DNA from: an uncultured Actinomycetota bacterium
GTDB taxonomy: Bacteria > Actinomycetota > Actinomycetes > Propionibacteriales > Nocardioidaceae
Direction: 5' to 3'
Assembly: GCA_963843775.1 (NCBI GenBank)
Contig: CAWJLT010000012.1
Coordinates: forward strand, 954,223-1,018,222
DNA length: 64,000 nucleotides
Both the position numbers and the translations under genes were made by a program. The notes beneath the pieces were generated by a model, which was not told the DNA's origin, ran no database searches, and worked only from the letters and a program-made list of their open reading frames with translations. Positions 40,974 through 50,289 of this stretch are shown one piece after another; position 1 is the first letter of the stretch, and each line of letters opens with the position of its first letter.

Positions 40974-42179
40974 ATGCCTGCACTCCCAACCCGGGGCGTC
41001 CTCGTCTCCGCGGTCCTCGCTCTCAGTGCCGCGCTCGCCGCCCCGGCTGCGGCCGCAGGCAACCAGCACGGCCACGACGACGGCCGGCGCCACGATCACG
41101 ACTCGTTCAGCTACGCCGTCTACGGCGACGCGCCCTACGGCACCGCGCCCACGGACACGAGCGAGACCGACGCCACCCCGGCGTTCGTTCGAGCGGTGAA
41201 CGCTGACCGGGCGGTGTCGGCGGTGCTGCACGTCGGTGACATCCACTCCGGCAGCCAGTACTGCACCCAGGGCTATGACCAGCAGGTCGTCGACCTGTGG
41301 GCCGGCTTCGCCGACCCCATGGTCTACACGCCTGGTGACAACGAGTGGACCGACTGCCACAAGAAGAAGGAGGGCGGAGGCGCCTACAACGCCGCCACCG
41401 GGCAGATCGACTACGTCACGGACGCCGACGGCAACCTCGTGAACTACGCCGGGGGCAACCCGGTGGACAACCTCGCCCTCGTGCGGTCGATCTTCTTCCC
41501 GAAGCCCGGCGGCACCCTGGGGAGCGGCCGGCTGCGGGTGCTCTCCCAGGCGCAGGTCGACAACCGTGCCCACCCCACGGACGGGCAGTACGTCGAGAAC
41601 GTCCTGTGGCAGCGCGACGGAGTGCTGTTCGCCACGGTCAACGTGCCCGGCGGATCCAACAACGACGCCGACCCCTGGTACGGCGCCCCCAGTGCGTCGC
41701 CACAGCAGACGACCGAAGCGGCCAACCGCACCGGTGCGGCCCTGCGCTGGCTCGATCGCGCCTTCGGCACCGCACGCAAGGTCCACGCACGAAGCGTGGT
41801 GATCACCACCCAGGCCGACATGTGGGACCTCGACGGGAAGGACGTCAGTCACCTGGCCAACTACGAGCCCATCGTGAAGAGCCTCGCGACGCACGCGTCG
41901 ACCTACGGAAAGCCGGTCCTGCTGCTCAACGGCGACTCGCACGTCTACCGTTCCGACAACCCGCTGCAGAAGACGTCACCGTGCACCGGCGACGAGGAGG
42001 TCTGCTCCTACGACGCCTGGGCCAGCCACCCGTCCTACGACGTCTCGAACTTCCATCGTGTCGTGGTCCATGGGAGCACGGTGCCCTTGGAGTACCTGCG
42101 ACTGCAGGTGGGCTCGAGGAACAGGCCGACGGCCGCCACGACGTTCGGACCGTTCTCCTGGCAACGGGTCACCCGGTGA
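40974..42179 (+). CDS. Secreted metallophosphoesterase (calcineurin-like)
   Basis: It has a signal peptide (MPALPTRGVLVSAVLALSAALAAPAAAAG) and the motifs YGDAPYG, HVGDIH, PGDNEWTDC and LNGDSHVY. Confidence 0.7.
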   Translation: MPALPTRGVLVSAVLALSAALAAPAAAAGNQHGHDDGRRHDHDSFSYAVYGDAPYGTAPTDTSETDATPAFVRAVNADRAVSAVLHVGDIHSGSQYCTQGYDQQVVDLWAGFADPMVYTPGDNEWTDCHKKKEGGGAYNAATGQIDYVTDADGNLVNYAGGNPVDNLALVRSIFFPKPGGTLGSGRLRVLSQAQVDNRAHPTDGQYVENVLWQRDGVLFATVNVPGGSNNDADPWYGAPSASPQQTTEAANRTGAALRWLDRAFGTARKVHARSVVITTQADMWDLDGKDVSHLANYEPIVKSLATHASTYGKPVLLLNGDSHVYRSDNPLQKTSPCTGDEEVCSYDAWASHPSYDVSNFHRVVVHGSTVPLEYLRLQVGSRNRPTAATTFGPFSWQRVTR

Positions 42180-42276
42180 GTACCTGTCCGGCGAAGTGGT
42201 GATTTGTCGGGCATGACGAGAGTGACCTCGCCGGCGACGTCTTCCTCGGCGCCGAGGACTGTGCTGCACTGGTGGA

Positions 42277-42495
42277 ATGGCGATCAGTACCGAGGAGTTC
42301 CGCTCCATCGAGCAGGTGACCGAGCGGCTCCGGGGCCGGTTCCCCGAGCTGCAGCCCGAGACGGTTCGCAGCGTCGTGGACACGGTGCACCAGCAGTACG
42401 ACGGACGCCCGATCCGGGAGTTCGTCCCGGTGCTCGTGGAGCGCGAGGTCAAGGATGCGCTCGAGATCGAGAACAGGCGAGGAGCTCGCGTCTAG
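42277..42495 (+). CDS. Small conserved protein, three-helix-bundle dimerisation-domain type
   Basis: 72 aa. The pattern ...VHQQYDGRPIREFVPVLVEREVK matches, from memory, small actinobacterial proteins annotated this way. Confidence 0.55.
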   Translation: MAISTEEFRSIEQVTERLRGRFPELQPETVRSVVDTVHQQYDGRPIREFVPVLVEREVKDALEIENRRGARV

Positions 42496-42575
42496 CTCGG
42501 GGGCTCACGCCCGAGGCGGAACCGAAGCCCGGGTCCCGAGGCGCTCGTCCACCTGCGCCCGGGGACACCTGAGCC

Positions 42576-44096
42576 ATGACGAACCACACGGAGATCGAGG
42601 ACAAGTACTCCGTCGACTCAGAGACCCGGTTGCCTGACCTGACGACCCTGCCACAGGTCGTGTCGGTGGCTGATCCGGTGGACCAGGACCTCGAAGCGAC
42701 GTACTTCGACACCCCTGGCCTGGCTCTGACCGCCGCGCGCACCACCGTTCGTCGACGCACCGGTGGTGACGACGCCGGCTGGCACCTGAAGCTGCCCACC
42801 GACGACGGCAGGTTCGAGGTGCACGTCCCGCTGGATCGTGCGAAGAATATTGTCCCGAAGCAGCTCCGCGACCTCGTGACCCTGCTGCTCGACGGGGAGC
42901 CGCTGTCGCCGATCGTCAGGATCTCGACGCGTCGGACAGCCCATCGCCTGCTGGACGACCACGGGAGGGTCCTCGCAGAGGTGGCGGACGACCGCGTGAC
43001 CACACAAGCACTGGGGGGCGAGCAAGGACCTGTGTCGAGGTCGTGGCGGGAGTGGGAGGTCGAGCTGGTCGAAGGCGGGAAGCCGCTGCTGCTGGCGGCT
43101 GCAGAGCTGTTCGCGAGGAGCGGGGTGGCCCCGGCCGAGTCCGGCTCGAAGCTGGCCCGGGCGCTGGGCGACCGAGTCCCACAACGCCCTGTCGTCACCC
43201 TGCCGACGAAGAGGTCGGCGCCCCCCACGGAGGTCGTCCTGGCGTGGCTGTCCCTGCAGAACGCGGCTCTGCGCCGACAGGACCCGCTGGTCAGGTCCGA
43301 TGCCCCGGACGCGGTGCACGAGATGCGCGTCGCGACACGACGCCTGCGCAGTGCCCTGGCGACCTTCCGTCCGCTCCTTCGTCGCGACCTCACCGATCCA
43401 CTTCGGGAGGAGCTGAAGTGGGTCGCTGGTCTGCTCGGTGAGGTTCGCGATGCCGAGGTCATGCACCAGCGGCTGAGAACCCTGCTGGCGGCCGAGGATC
43501 CCGCCGTGGTGGCCGGAACGGCCGGTGCCCGGGTGGATCGCGTGCTGCGGGACCGGTACGACCGTGCGCACACCACATGTGTGGACGCCATGACGTCCGA
43601 GCGGTACGTCGCACTTCTCGATCGGCTGAACGAGCTGATCGGGCAGCCCGCCTGGGCGGAGGGTGCACGCGGGCTTCCGCCCTCTGTGCTCACCGACCGG
43701 GTGAGGCACGACTGGAAGCGGCTGAAGAAGCGAGTCGAGGACGTCGAGGGGACCGAGGGTGTCGAGCGAACCCGATGTCTGCATGACGTGCGCAAGGCGG
43801 CCAAGCGTGTTCGCTACGCCGCCGAGCCGTTGGTGCCGCAGCACGGCAAGGCGGCGAAGCGCTTCGTCAAGGCCACCCAGAGGATGCAGTCGGTGCTGGG
43901 AGACCACCAGGACAGCGTGGTCGCCCAGGAGGAGCTGCGGTTGCTGGCCCAGGGAGCACTGCTCGACGGAGAGGACTCGTTCGTCTTCGGAGTGCTCCAT
44001 GCTCGTGAGGACCACCATCAGGAGACGACCGAGGAGCGCAGCTGGGTCGCGTGGGGAGACGCCTCGAAGGACGAGCGACTCGAGTGGTTGCACTGA
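42576..44096 (+). CDS. CYTH and CHAD domain-containing protein
   Basis: The N-terminal EIEDKY...TYFDTP...LRRR...WHLKLP is a CYTH triphosphate-tunnel signature. The C-terminal half has helical CHAD repeats (VHEMRVATRRLRSAL, LHDVRKAAKRVRYAAE). Confidence 0.85.
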   Translation: MTNHTEIEDKYSVDSETRLPDLTTLPQVVSVADPVDQDLEATYFDTPGLALTAARTTVRRRTGGDDAGWHLKLPTDDGRFEVHVPLDRAKNIVPKQLRDLVTLLLDGEPLSPIVRISTRRTAHRLLDDHGRVLAEVADDRVTTQALGGEQGPVSRSWREWEVELVEGGKPLLLAAAELFARSGVAPAESGSKLARALGDRVPQRPVVTLPTKRSAPPTEVVLAWLSLQNAALRRQDPLVRSDAPDAVHEMRVATRRLRSALATFRPLLRRDLTDPLREELKWVAGLLGEVRDAEVMHQRLRTLLAAEDPAVVAGTAGARVDRVLRDRYDRAHTTCVDAMTSERYVALLDRLNELIGQPAWAEGARGLPPSVLTDRVRHDWKRLKKRVEDVEGTEGVERTRCLHDVRKAAKRVRYAAEPLVPQHGKAAKRFVKATQRMQSVLGDHQDSVVAQEELRLLAQGALLDGEDSFVFGVLHAREDHHQETTEERSWVAWGDASKDERLEWLH

Positions 44097-44132
44097 GACG
44101 GCGACGTTCGTGCTGGTGAGGATTCGGCGACG

Positions 44133-44255
44133 CACCCGCGAGATCAGGTCGAGCTCCTCGCTGCGGCGTACGGCCGCTCGCCGGTTGCTCACCCCGAGCT
44201 TGGCGTAGATGTTCTTGGTGTGGGTGCACACGGTGTTCAGGGACACGACGAGGTG
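44133..44255 (-). pseudogene. Remnant of a LuxR-type (LAL/MalT-like) C-terminal HTH
   Basis: The minus-strand translation HLVVSLNTVCTHTKNIYAKLGVSNRRAAVRRSEELDLI is a recognisable LuxR HTH helix 3 plus tail. The upstream part of the domain and the rest of the regulator are missing, and no in-frame stop follows. Confidence 0.6.
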
Positions 44256-44485
44256 GGGTCGTCGAGCACCAGCTCGAGTCGACCTCGGGCGCTGCGGTCT
44301 ACAACGCGGCGATGACGAAGAACCAGGCGTGTTCGACGTCGGGGGCGACAGACCTTCGTGCCGAGAAGGGGGACCCGCACGACCACCTCCCGTCAGGGCG
44401 CTGCAGACCAAGGACCCGGGTCCATCGGCCTGCGGCTCGGACTAGACCTGGCGGGCGGCCCTGCTCCCTTCACGAAGCCCGTCGA

Positions 44486-45277
44486 TCAGTCGCGCCGGAC
44501 GACGATCGCGCGGTGGTCGGAGGCCGTGGTGACCACCGTGACGGACAGGGCGGGGCCGGGGCCGTGCACGTCGTCGACCTTGCGCCTCGGGCCCAAGGTC
44601 CCGGGGTGGTCCTCGCGTCCTTCCCAGGCCGAGGTCAGGCCGTCGATGCGGAGCCCGTCGAAGTTCGAGTCACCGGTGGCGTGGACGACGTGGCCCAGGG
44701 TGAGCTGCTCGTGGACGAGCCGGTCGAGGACCCGCGACTCCTGCCGGTGACGGGTGGTCAGCCTGGGACGGTCCTCCCGGTAGCGCCCATGCGCCTGGAC
44801 GCCGGAGACCAGGTGGTAGTTGACCAGGCAGACCGTGCGTCTCGTGGACCAGTCACGGTAGACCGCCACGGTCGCGGCCCTGGCCGGCTCGAGGTTGCTT
44901 CGATGCTCGTGCCGGTCGCCCAGCCCGGGTCCACTGAGGAACCGGGTCCGGCACTCGAGGAGCTCGAAGCGGTCTGCGCGGGCTCCCACCGCACAGCCGC
45001 CGAGCAGCGGGGTGTTCCACACGTAGCCGCCCGTGCCTCGATCGGCGCTACGACGCGAACGCCCGCTGAGCTGGGGCAGGGACCCGATCCGCCCGGTCCC
45101 GGCCAGCACCCGAAGACGCGTGGGGTACCACTCCTGGAGCCCGACCAGGTCGGGCTCCAGGGACAGGACAGCCTCCAGGGCCTGGCGCGCGTCGTGGGGC
45201 GCCAGCGTGGCCAGGATGTTGGCGCTGGCCACAGCCGTCTGCTGTCCCGCCGGGGTCGGTGTGCCCCGCGTGGTCAC
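44486..45277 (-). CDS. Endonuclease/exonuclease/phosphatase (EEP) family protein
   Basis: 263 aa with NILATL...LEPDLVGLQEW, VNYHL, GDSNFD and ASDHRAIV, the typical EEP catalytic motifs. Confidence 0.75.
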   Translation of the reverse strand: MTTRGTPTPAGQQTAVASANILATLAPHDARQALEAVLSLEPDLVGLQEWYPTRLRVLAGTGRIGSLPQLSGRSRRSADRGTGGYVWNTPLLGGCAVGARADRFELLECRTRFLSGPGLGDRHEHRSNLEPARAATVAVYRDWSTRRTVCLVNYHLVSGVQAHGRYREDRPRLTTRHRQESRVLDRLVHEQLTLGHVVHATGDSNFDGLRIDGLTSAWEGREDHPGTLGPRRKVDDVHGPGPALSVTVVTTASDHRAIVVRRD

Positions 45278-45286
45278 CTCGGTCCC

Positions 45287-45721
45287 CTAGGTCACGGGGG
45301 CCGCGGGGACGACGGTCACCGGCAGGCCGAAGTGGTGGAGTCGGTGCTCGAGGTCGAGGTGCAGCCGCTTGGCGAGACCGTGGGGTGCCACCGCGAGGAT
45401 GATCTCGTCGACGGGCTCGCTGAAGATGACCTCCTCGATGGCGTCCATCGGGTCGCTGCGCACGGAGACCGAGCCGATCACCCGACCTCCCGCCTCGAGC
45501 TCCAACGAGAGCAGTGCCTCGTGCAGGACGCGTTCGGCCTCGTGCGCCTTGTCGTGTCGTTCCGGGTGGAGCAGGTGCAGCTCGGCCCGTGCAGGATTCG
45601 GTACGACGACCCGGAACTGGACGCGGCCCGACTCCGCCCGGTGCCTGATCGTCTCGGTGAGGGCAGCAGTGGGCTCGGCCGTGTCGGTCACGACGAGGAT
45701 GCGGGTACGGCGTGTTTCCAT
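45287..45721 (-). CDS. USP-like (adenine-nucleotide alpha-hydrolase fold) hypothetical protein
   Basis: 144 aa. The pattern RILVVTD...VVVPNPA...DEIILAV suggests a USP-like fold. The assignment is tentative. Confidence 0.5.
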   Translation of the reverse strand: METRRTRILVVTDTAEPTAALTETIRHRAESGRVQFRVVVPNPARAELHLLHPERHDKAHEAERVLHEALLSLELEAGGRVIGSVSVRSDPMDAIEEVIFSEPVDEIILAVAPHGLAKRLHLDLEHRLHHFGLPVTVVPAAPVT

Positions 45722-45772
45722 GGTGAGCTTCTTTCGCTTGTCGCGGGGGGTCGGGCCGGTCGTGCCGAGGAC

Positions 45773-46600
45773 TCAGTCCAGGTGGCTTCCAGTGAGCTCG
45801 GTCCGATCCCTCTGGGTCTTCGTCAGGTAGATGACGACGGCGAGGATCGTGCCGAGGAAGAGCACGCTGGTGCCCAGGGTGCCGAGTCCCAGTCCGCCGT
45901 CGGCGTGGGGCGCTCCGAGGAAGTCGCCGATGTTGGCGCCCAGGGGGCGCGTCAGGATGTAGGCGATCCAGAAGGAGAGCACCGGTCCGGCGCCTGCCTT
46001 CCAGGCCAGCAGCACGGCCAGGATCAGCCCGAGGGGCAGCATCACCGCGGCGCCGGGCGACCAGCCGGTCAGCTCGAGGGTCCAGTCTCCGGCGGCAGTG
46101 CCCAGGGCGAAGGTGACCAGCACCGTCAGCCAGTAGAAGGCCTCGCGCGGAACGGTGACGATGGTGTGGATCGAGAGCGTCCGCTCCCGCGAGTACCAGA
46201 TGCCGAAGACGGCCGCCAGCAGCACCGCGAAGACCGTCGTACTGATCCACAGCGGCACCCCGCGTGCGTCGGTGAGGTTGTCGGTCAACAGGGTGCCGAC
46301 GACACTGATCAGCACGACCGCGAGCCAGTACACGCCGGGCACGTAGCGGTCGCGCCTGAACTGGACGACCAGCACGACGACCAGGGCTGCGGAGAACACC
46401 ACGGTGGTGTTCGTGAGACCGAAGCCCAGGGTCTCGTTGATGTAGTCCGCGAAGCTCTCCCCGACCGTGGTGCACAGGATCTTGATGATCCAGAAGTAGA
46501 CCGTGACCTCGGGCACCTTGTTGAGCATCTGGCGCGTGCGGGTTGTCAGTTCGGCTTCAGTTCTCGTCATGGTTGCGAGTGTGGGTGCGCCTACCTGCAC
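45773..46600 (-). CDS. Polytopic membrane protein (COG4705-like, uncharacterised), paralog of 51669..52538
   Basis: NKVPEVTVYFWIIKILCTTVGE...YVPGVYW...ERTLSIHTI...ADGGLGLGT, with the same landmarks in the paralog. The start may be the internal Met at 46570. Confidence 0.65.
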   Translation of the reverse strand: MQVGAPTLATMTRTEAELTTRTRQMLNKVPEVTVYFWIIKILCTTVGESFADYINETLGFGLTNTTVVFSAALVVVLVVQFRRDRYVPGVYWLAVVLISVVGTLLTDNLTDARGVPLWISTTVFAVLLAAVFGIWYSRERTLSIHTIVTVPREAFYWLTVLVTFALGTAAGDWTLELTGWSPGAAVMLPLGLILAVLLAWKAGAGPVLSFWIAYILTRPLGANIGDFLGAPHADGGLGLGTLGTSVLFLGTILAVVIYLTKTQRDRTELTGSHLD

Positions 46601-46639
46601 ACAGCCTGACCGTCGTGGCCGGGCTTGGTAGGTCTGCTC

Positions 46640-47161
46640 CTAGATCGCTGGCCTGGCGCCGACGTGCTCGTCGGTCCGCTGCGCGAGCGCTGGTAGGAGG
46701 GTTCTTGGTGGGACGGGAGCCGTCGTCCTCGGTGCGAACACGAACTTCTTGTAGGACCAGTAGCGGAACAGGGTTCCGAGCGCGAGCCCGATGACGTTGG
46801 CCGAGATGTTGTCGGCCAGGCGGCTGGTCAGACCGAGGACGTCGTGCGAGATCAGCAGGGTGGCGACGGAGAGCCCGAGTCCGATGACGTTGAAGACGAC
46901 GAAGAGCCCGATCTCGCGCCGTCTGTCGCCCGAGGCCTGGCCGCGCCAGGTGAACATGCGGTTGCCGAGGTAGGTCACCACCATCGCCAGAGCGACCGCG
47001 ACGATGCGGGCGTACGACGGGTCGACGGTGCTGAGGAACGACTGGCTGCGCAGGACGTTGAACGACGCGACGTCGACGACGTACCCGATTCCGCCCACGG
47101 AGAGGAAGGTGGCGATCTCGGGAGAGGCGAGCCTGGCCAGCAGCCGCTCAGACCGCGACAT
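46640..47161 (-). CDS. GtrA-family membrane protein
   Basis: 173 aa with FLSVGGIGYVVDVASFNVL...YLGNRMFTW...FRYWSYKKFVF, typical of GtrA. Confidence 0.8.
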   Translation of the reverse strand: MSRSERLLARLASPEIATFLSVGGIGYVVDVASFNVLRSQSFLSTVDPSYARIVAVALAMVVTYLGNRMFTWRGQASGDRRREIGLFVVFNVIGLGLSVATLLISHDVLGLTSRLADNISANVIGLALGTLFRYWSYKKFVFAPRTTAPVPPRTLLPALAQRTDEHVGARPAI

Positions 47162-47924
47162 CGTGGCGGTCCTCGGGTTCCACGAGCCGGCGCACCAGGG
47201 ACGGGCCGAGGTGCGTCCGGTGGACCAGCTCGCGCCAGCGCCAGGTCAGCACCCGCACCATCGCCTCACCGACGATGCCGTTGGTCATCTTGGAGGAGCC
47301 GAGCGCGCGGTCGGTGAAGGTGATCGGGACCTCGGTGATGCGGAGCCCGAGCCGACTCGCGCGCCAGGTGTTCTCGACCTGGAAGCTGTAGCCGTTCGAC
47401 TCCGAGTCCACCGCTCCGATCGCTTCCAGCGCCTCACGCCGGAACGCCTTGAAGCCGGCGGTGGCGTCGTGGACGGAGATGCCGAGGACCAGCCGGACGT
47501 AGATGTTGCCCCCGCGGGAGATGACTCGACGCCGTAGCGGCCAGTTGCGGACAGCGCCGCCGCGGACGTAGCGAGAGCCCACTGCCACGTCGGCTTGCTC
47601 CAGGGCGGCCAGCAGGGCCGGGACCCGCTCCGGCGGGTGGGAGAGGTCGGCGTCCATCTGGACGATGGCGTCGTAGGAGGCGGCGAGCGCCCAGCTGAAG
47701 CCGGCCCGGTACGCGGCCCCGAGACCGTCCTTCTTGAGTCGACTCAGCAGGTGGAGCCGGTGGCGGTACTCAGGGTGGGCAGTGACGAGTCGCGCGGTCC
47801 CGTCAGGGCTGTTGTCGTCGACCACGAGGATGTCGACGTCCGGCGCGTGCAGCATCACGGCGTCGAGCAGGGCGACGATGCCGTCGGCCTCGTTGTAGGT
47901 GGGGACGATCACGACGGTGTTCAT
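47148..47924 (-). CDS. Polyprenol-phosphate mannosyltransferase (GT2, Ppm1/DPM1-like)
   Basis: Motifs are MNTVVIVPTYNEADGI, VVDDNSPDGT, QMDADLSHPP and GFKAFRR. Only the last 258 codons of track ORF 47148..49322 are real. The start has an ATGA overlap with the upstream gene. Confidence 0.9.
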   Translation of the reverse strand: MNTVVIVPTYNEADGIVALLDAVMLHAPDVDILVVDDNSPDGTARLVTAHPEYRHRLHLLSRLKKDGLGAAYRAGFSWALAASYDAIVQMDADLSHPPERVPALLAALEQADVAVGSRYVRGGAVRNWPLRRRVISRGGNIYVRLVLGISVHDATAGFKAFRREALEAIGAVDSESNGYSFQVENTWRASRLGLRITEVPITFTDRALGSSKMTNGIVGEAMVRVLTWRWRELVHRTHLGPSLVRRLVEPEDRHDVAV

Positions 47925-49525
47925 GGTGCTTCCTTCGTCGGGTTGGTGGACAAGGGGCGAGCGGTGGACGAGAGGTCCGTGGAGGGGGGAGCAAGCAGGG
48001 GGACGGCCCGGTCGACGCCCCGGTGCAGGTAGATCGTGTGGCCGCTGACCGCCGCCACCGGGTGGTAGTGCTCGGCGAGCACACGGGCAGTGACGGCTCC
48101 GCCCCCGTGGTTCGACCACCTGTCGACGCTGGTCCAGGTCACGAACCAGGTCGGCGCCCTGGTCCCAGCGAGCAGCGTGTCGAGCCCGGTGAGCCTCGGG
48201 TCGAGCGTGCGTGCCGGCAGGCTCCACAGGTAGGGGTAGGGCGAGCTGAGACCGGAGGCGCGGGTCACGTCTGCGTGACCCCAGGTCGTGACGATCGTGT
48301 CGTGCGGGTTCGACACCCCGTGGATCGCCCGCCCCACCGAGGTTCCGACCGTGGTGTGGGCACCGGCGAGGTTGATGCCCAGCGCGACCGCGGCCACCAC
48401 TGCCACCGTGGTCACGACGGTTCGCGTGGCCGGCTGCCGCTGGGCGACGAGCAGGCCGGAGAGCACAGCGGTCGGGACGACCAGCTGGATCAGGTAGTGG
48501 TTCCAGTAGCTGCCACCGAGGGCGATCGAGACGAGGTCGAACAGCACGGTCGCGACGAGTCCCCACACCGCCGGGCCCACCAGCCGGGAGGAGAGCATGG
48601 CTCGGGCTGCCAGGGCCATGATCAGGGCGCCGCCGCTCACCACCCAGCCGACGACGAGGGCCCACATCCGGGCGTCCGCGGTGGCACGGTTCGAGGCCGC
48701 CATCACACGACCGGCCTCGATCCGGAAGGGGTACATCGCCTCGAAGACGCCGGCCAACGAGGTGCCGTGCGCCATCGTCCAGGCGGACACCACAGCGAGG
48801 CAGACCAGCGCACCGGTCGTCATGGCGAGCAGTGAGCGCGCCAGGCGCGGGGTGCTCGTCTCGTCCCGGCGCCAGGCCACGAGCAGGGTGACGCAGGCGA
48901 ACACCGCGACGTCGGCCATGTTCTGCTTCACGAGCAGCGAGGCCATGACGGCTGCTCCGGCCAACCCGGCAGCCACGGAGGCCCGGCGCTGGCTCTGCTG
49001 GTCGATGGCTGCCAGTACGGCGGCGAGGCCGCCGACCACGAAGGGCGCCGAGAGCAGCTCCCCGTTGACGGACTGACCACCGAGGATCGGGGTGACGCAC
49101 AGGGCGGCGGCGGTGAGCGCCGCCCAGGGTGCCGCACGTCGGCCACCCAGTCGTCGGGCTACGTGTGCCGTTCCCAGCACCACGAGGACCGTGGCCACGC
49201 AGCCGATGAGGCGCAGAGGCACCAGGCCGCCGAGCTGGGCGGCCACCCGGAAGATGGTGATGAGCAGCGGCGGGCGGTCGACCCAGTAGCTGCCGTAGAG
49301 GGACGAACCGCCGGAGTGCCACTGCTGGCCCACCAGCAGGAATCCTGCTTCGTCACGGCTGGGATCGCTGTTCAGGAAGGGGAGCCGGACCAGCACGGCG
49401 ACGAGTGCGACCAGCGGGACGGCGTACCGCTCGAGTCCTTGCACGTGCGATCGGAGCGAGCTCGACGTCGGGACCGAGGAGGGTGCCGAGGAGGGAACCC
49501 CCTCCCGAGCAAGAATCGTGCTCAT
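47921..49525 (-). CDS. GT-C fold glycosyltransferase (ArnT/PMT-like, GT39/83-type) membrane protein
   Basis: 534 aa and polytopic. The N-terminal loop RLPFLNSDPSRDEAGFLLVGQQW carries the Asp/Glu motif typical of the family. Confidence 0.75.
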   Translation of the reverse strand: MSTILAREGVPSSAPSSVPTSSSLRSHVQGLERYAVPLVALVAVLVRLPFLNSDPSRDEAGFLLVGQQWHSGGSSLYGSYWVDRPPLLITIFRVAAQLGGLVPLRLIGCVATVLVVLGTAHVARRLGGRRAAPWAALTAAALCVTPILGGQSVNGELLSAPFVVGGLAAVLAAIDQQSQRRASVAAGLAGAAVMASLLVKQNMADVAVFACVTLLVAWRRDETSTPRLARSLLAMTTGALVCLAVVSAWTMAHGTSLAGVFEAMYPFRIEAGRVMAASNRATADARMWALVVGWVVSGGALIMALAARAMLSSRLVGPAVWGLVATVLFDLVSIALGGSYWNHYLIQLVVPTAVLSGLLVAQRQPATRTVVTTVAVVAAVALGINLAGAHTTVGTSVGRAIHGVSNPHDTIVTTWGHADVTRASGLSSPYPYLWSLPARTLDPRLTGLDTLLAGTRAPTWFVTWTSVDRWSNHGGGAVTARVLAEHYHPVAAVSGHTIYLHRGVDRAVPLLAPPSTDLSSTARPLSTNPTKEAP

Positions 49526-49608
49526 GGTCCGAGAGTGCGGCCAATGACCTGATCAGTACCTGACCACGTGGGGCCCTCGCCTGCCGAACCCGGGCTTCCT
49601 TCGCGCGT

Positions 49609-50289
49609 GTGGGGGAGGATGACGGCGTGACCCGAATCGGTGTGTGTGAGGACGACGAAGTGGTGCGACGCGTCCTGAGCGAGGCGTTCAGGATGAACGG
49701 GCACGAGGTCGTGATCGCTCGCAACGGGCGGGAGGCGTTGAGCAACCTCGGCGTCAGTGCCCACATCGACGTCCTGGTGATCGACATCGGTCTCCCCGAC
49801 TCTGACGGGCGCGACGTGTGCCAGGCCCTGCGCGCGGAGGGCCAGCACGCACCGGTTCTCTTCCTGACGGCCCTGGACGCCGTGCACGACAAGATCGCCG
49901 GCTTCAACGCCGGTGGCGACGACTACGTCGCCAAGCCCTTCTCGCTCGCCGAGGTCATGGTGCGGGTCGCCGCTCTGCACAACCGGACGCGACCTGTTCC
50001 GCAGGGGGTCTCGGGTCTGCACCTCGACCCCGGCCGGCACGCGCTGCGGTACGGCGAGGCCGAGGTCAGGCTGACGCCCACCGAGTTCCGGCTGCTGGCC
50101 TCCATCGCCGCCCAGCCCGGGGCCGTCGTACGCCGGCGGGCGGCCGTGGCGGCCGCCTGGCCGGACGGGGCGATGGTCAGCGAGAACACCATCGACTCCT
50201 TCGTCCGTCGCCTGCGCGTCAAGCTGGAGGCCGTCGGCTCACCGGTCGCCCTCGAGACGGTGCGCGGGGTCGGGTTCGTCCTTCGATGA
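49609..50289 (+). CDS. OmpR-family response regulator
   Basis: The receiver reads VLVIDIGLPDSDG...GGDDYVAKPF. The winged helix reads LTPTEFRLLASI...VRGVGFVL. Confidence 0.9.
   Translation: MGEDDGVTRIGVCEDDEVVRRVLSEAFRMNGHEVVIARNGREALSNLGVSAHIDVLVIDIGLPDSDGRDVCQALRAEGQHAPVLFLTALDAVHDKIAGFNAGGDDYVAKPFSLAEVMVRVAALHNRTRPVPQGVSGLHLDPGRHALRYGEAEVRLTPTEFRLLASIAAQPGAVVRRRAAVAAAWPDGAMVSENTIDSFVRRLRVKLEAVGSPVALETVRGVGFVLR

Noticed and set aside
44312-46609. 765-aa plus-strand ORF, and the 475-aa minus-strand ORF 45048..46475
   Set aside because: They span three real minus-strand genes (the EEP protein, the USP-like protein and the membrane paralog) in wrong frames or on the wrong strand. Their composition is Arg/Gly/Asp/Pro-dominated.
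47925-49322. N-terminal 466 codons of the 724-aa ORF 47148..49322
   Set aside because: Only the last 258 codons (from MNTVVIVPTYNE) match the GT2/Ppm family. The upstream part overlaps the GT-C transferase gene in another frame.
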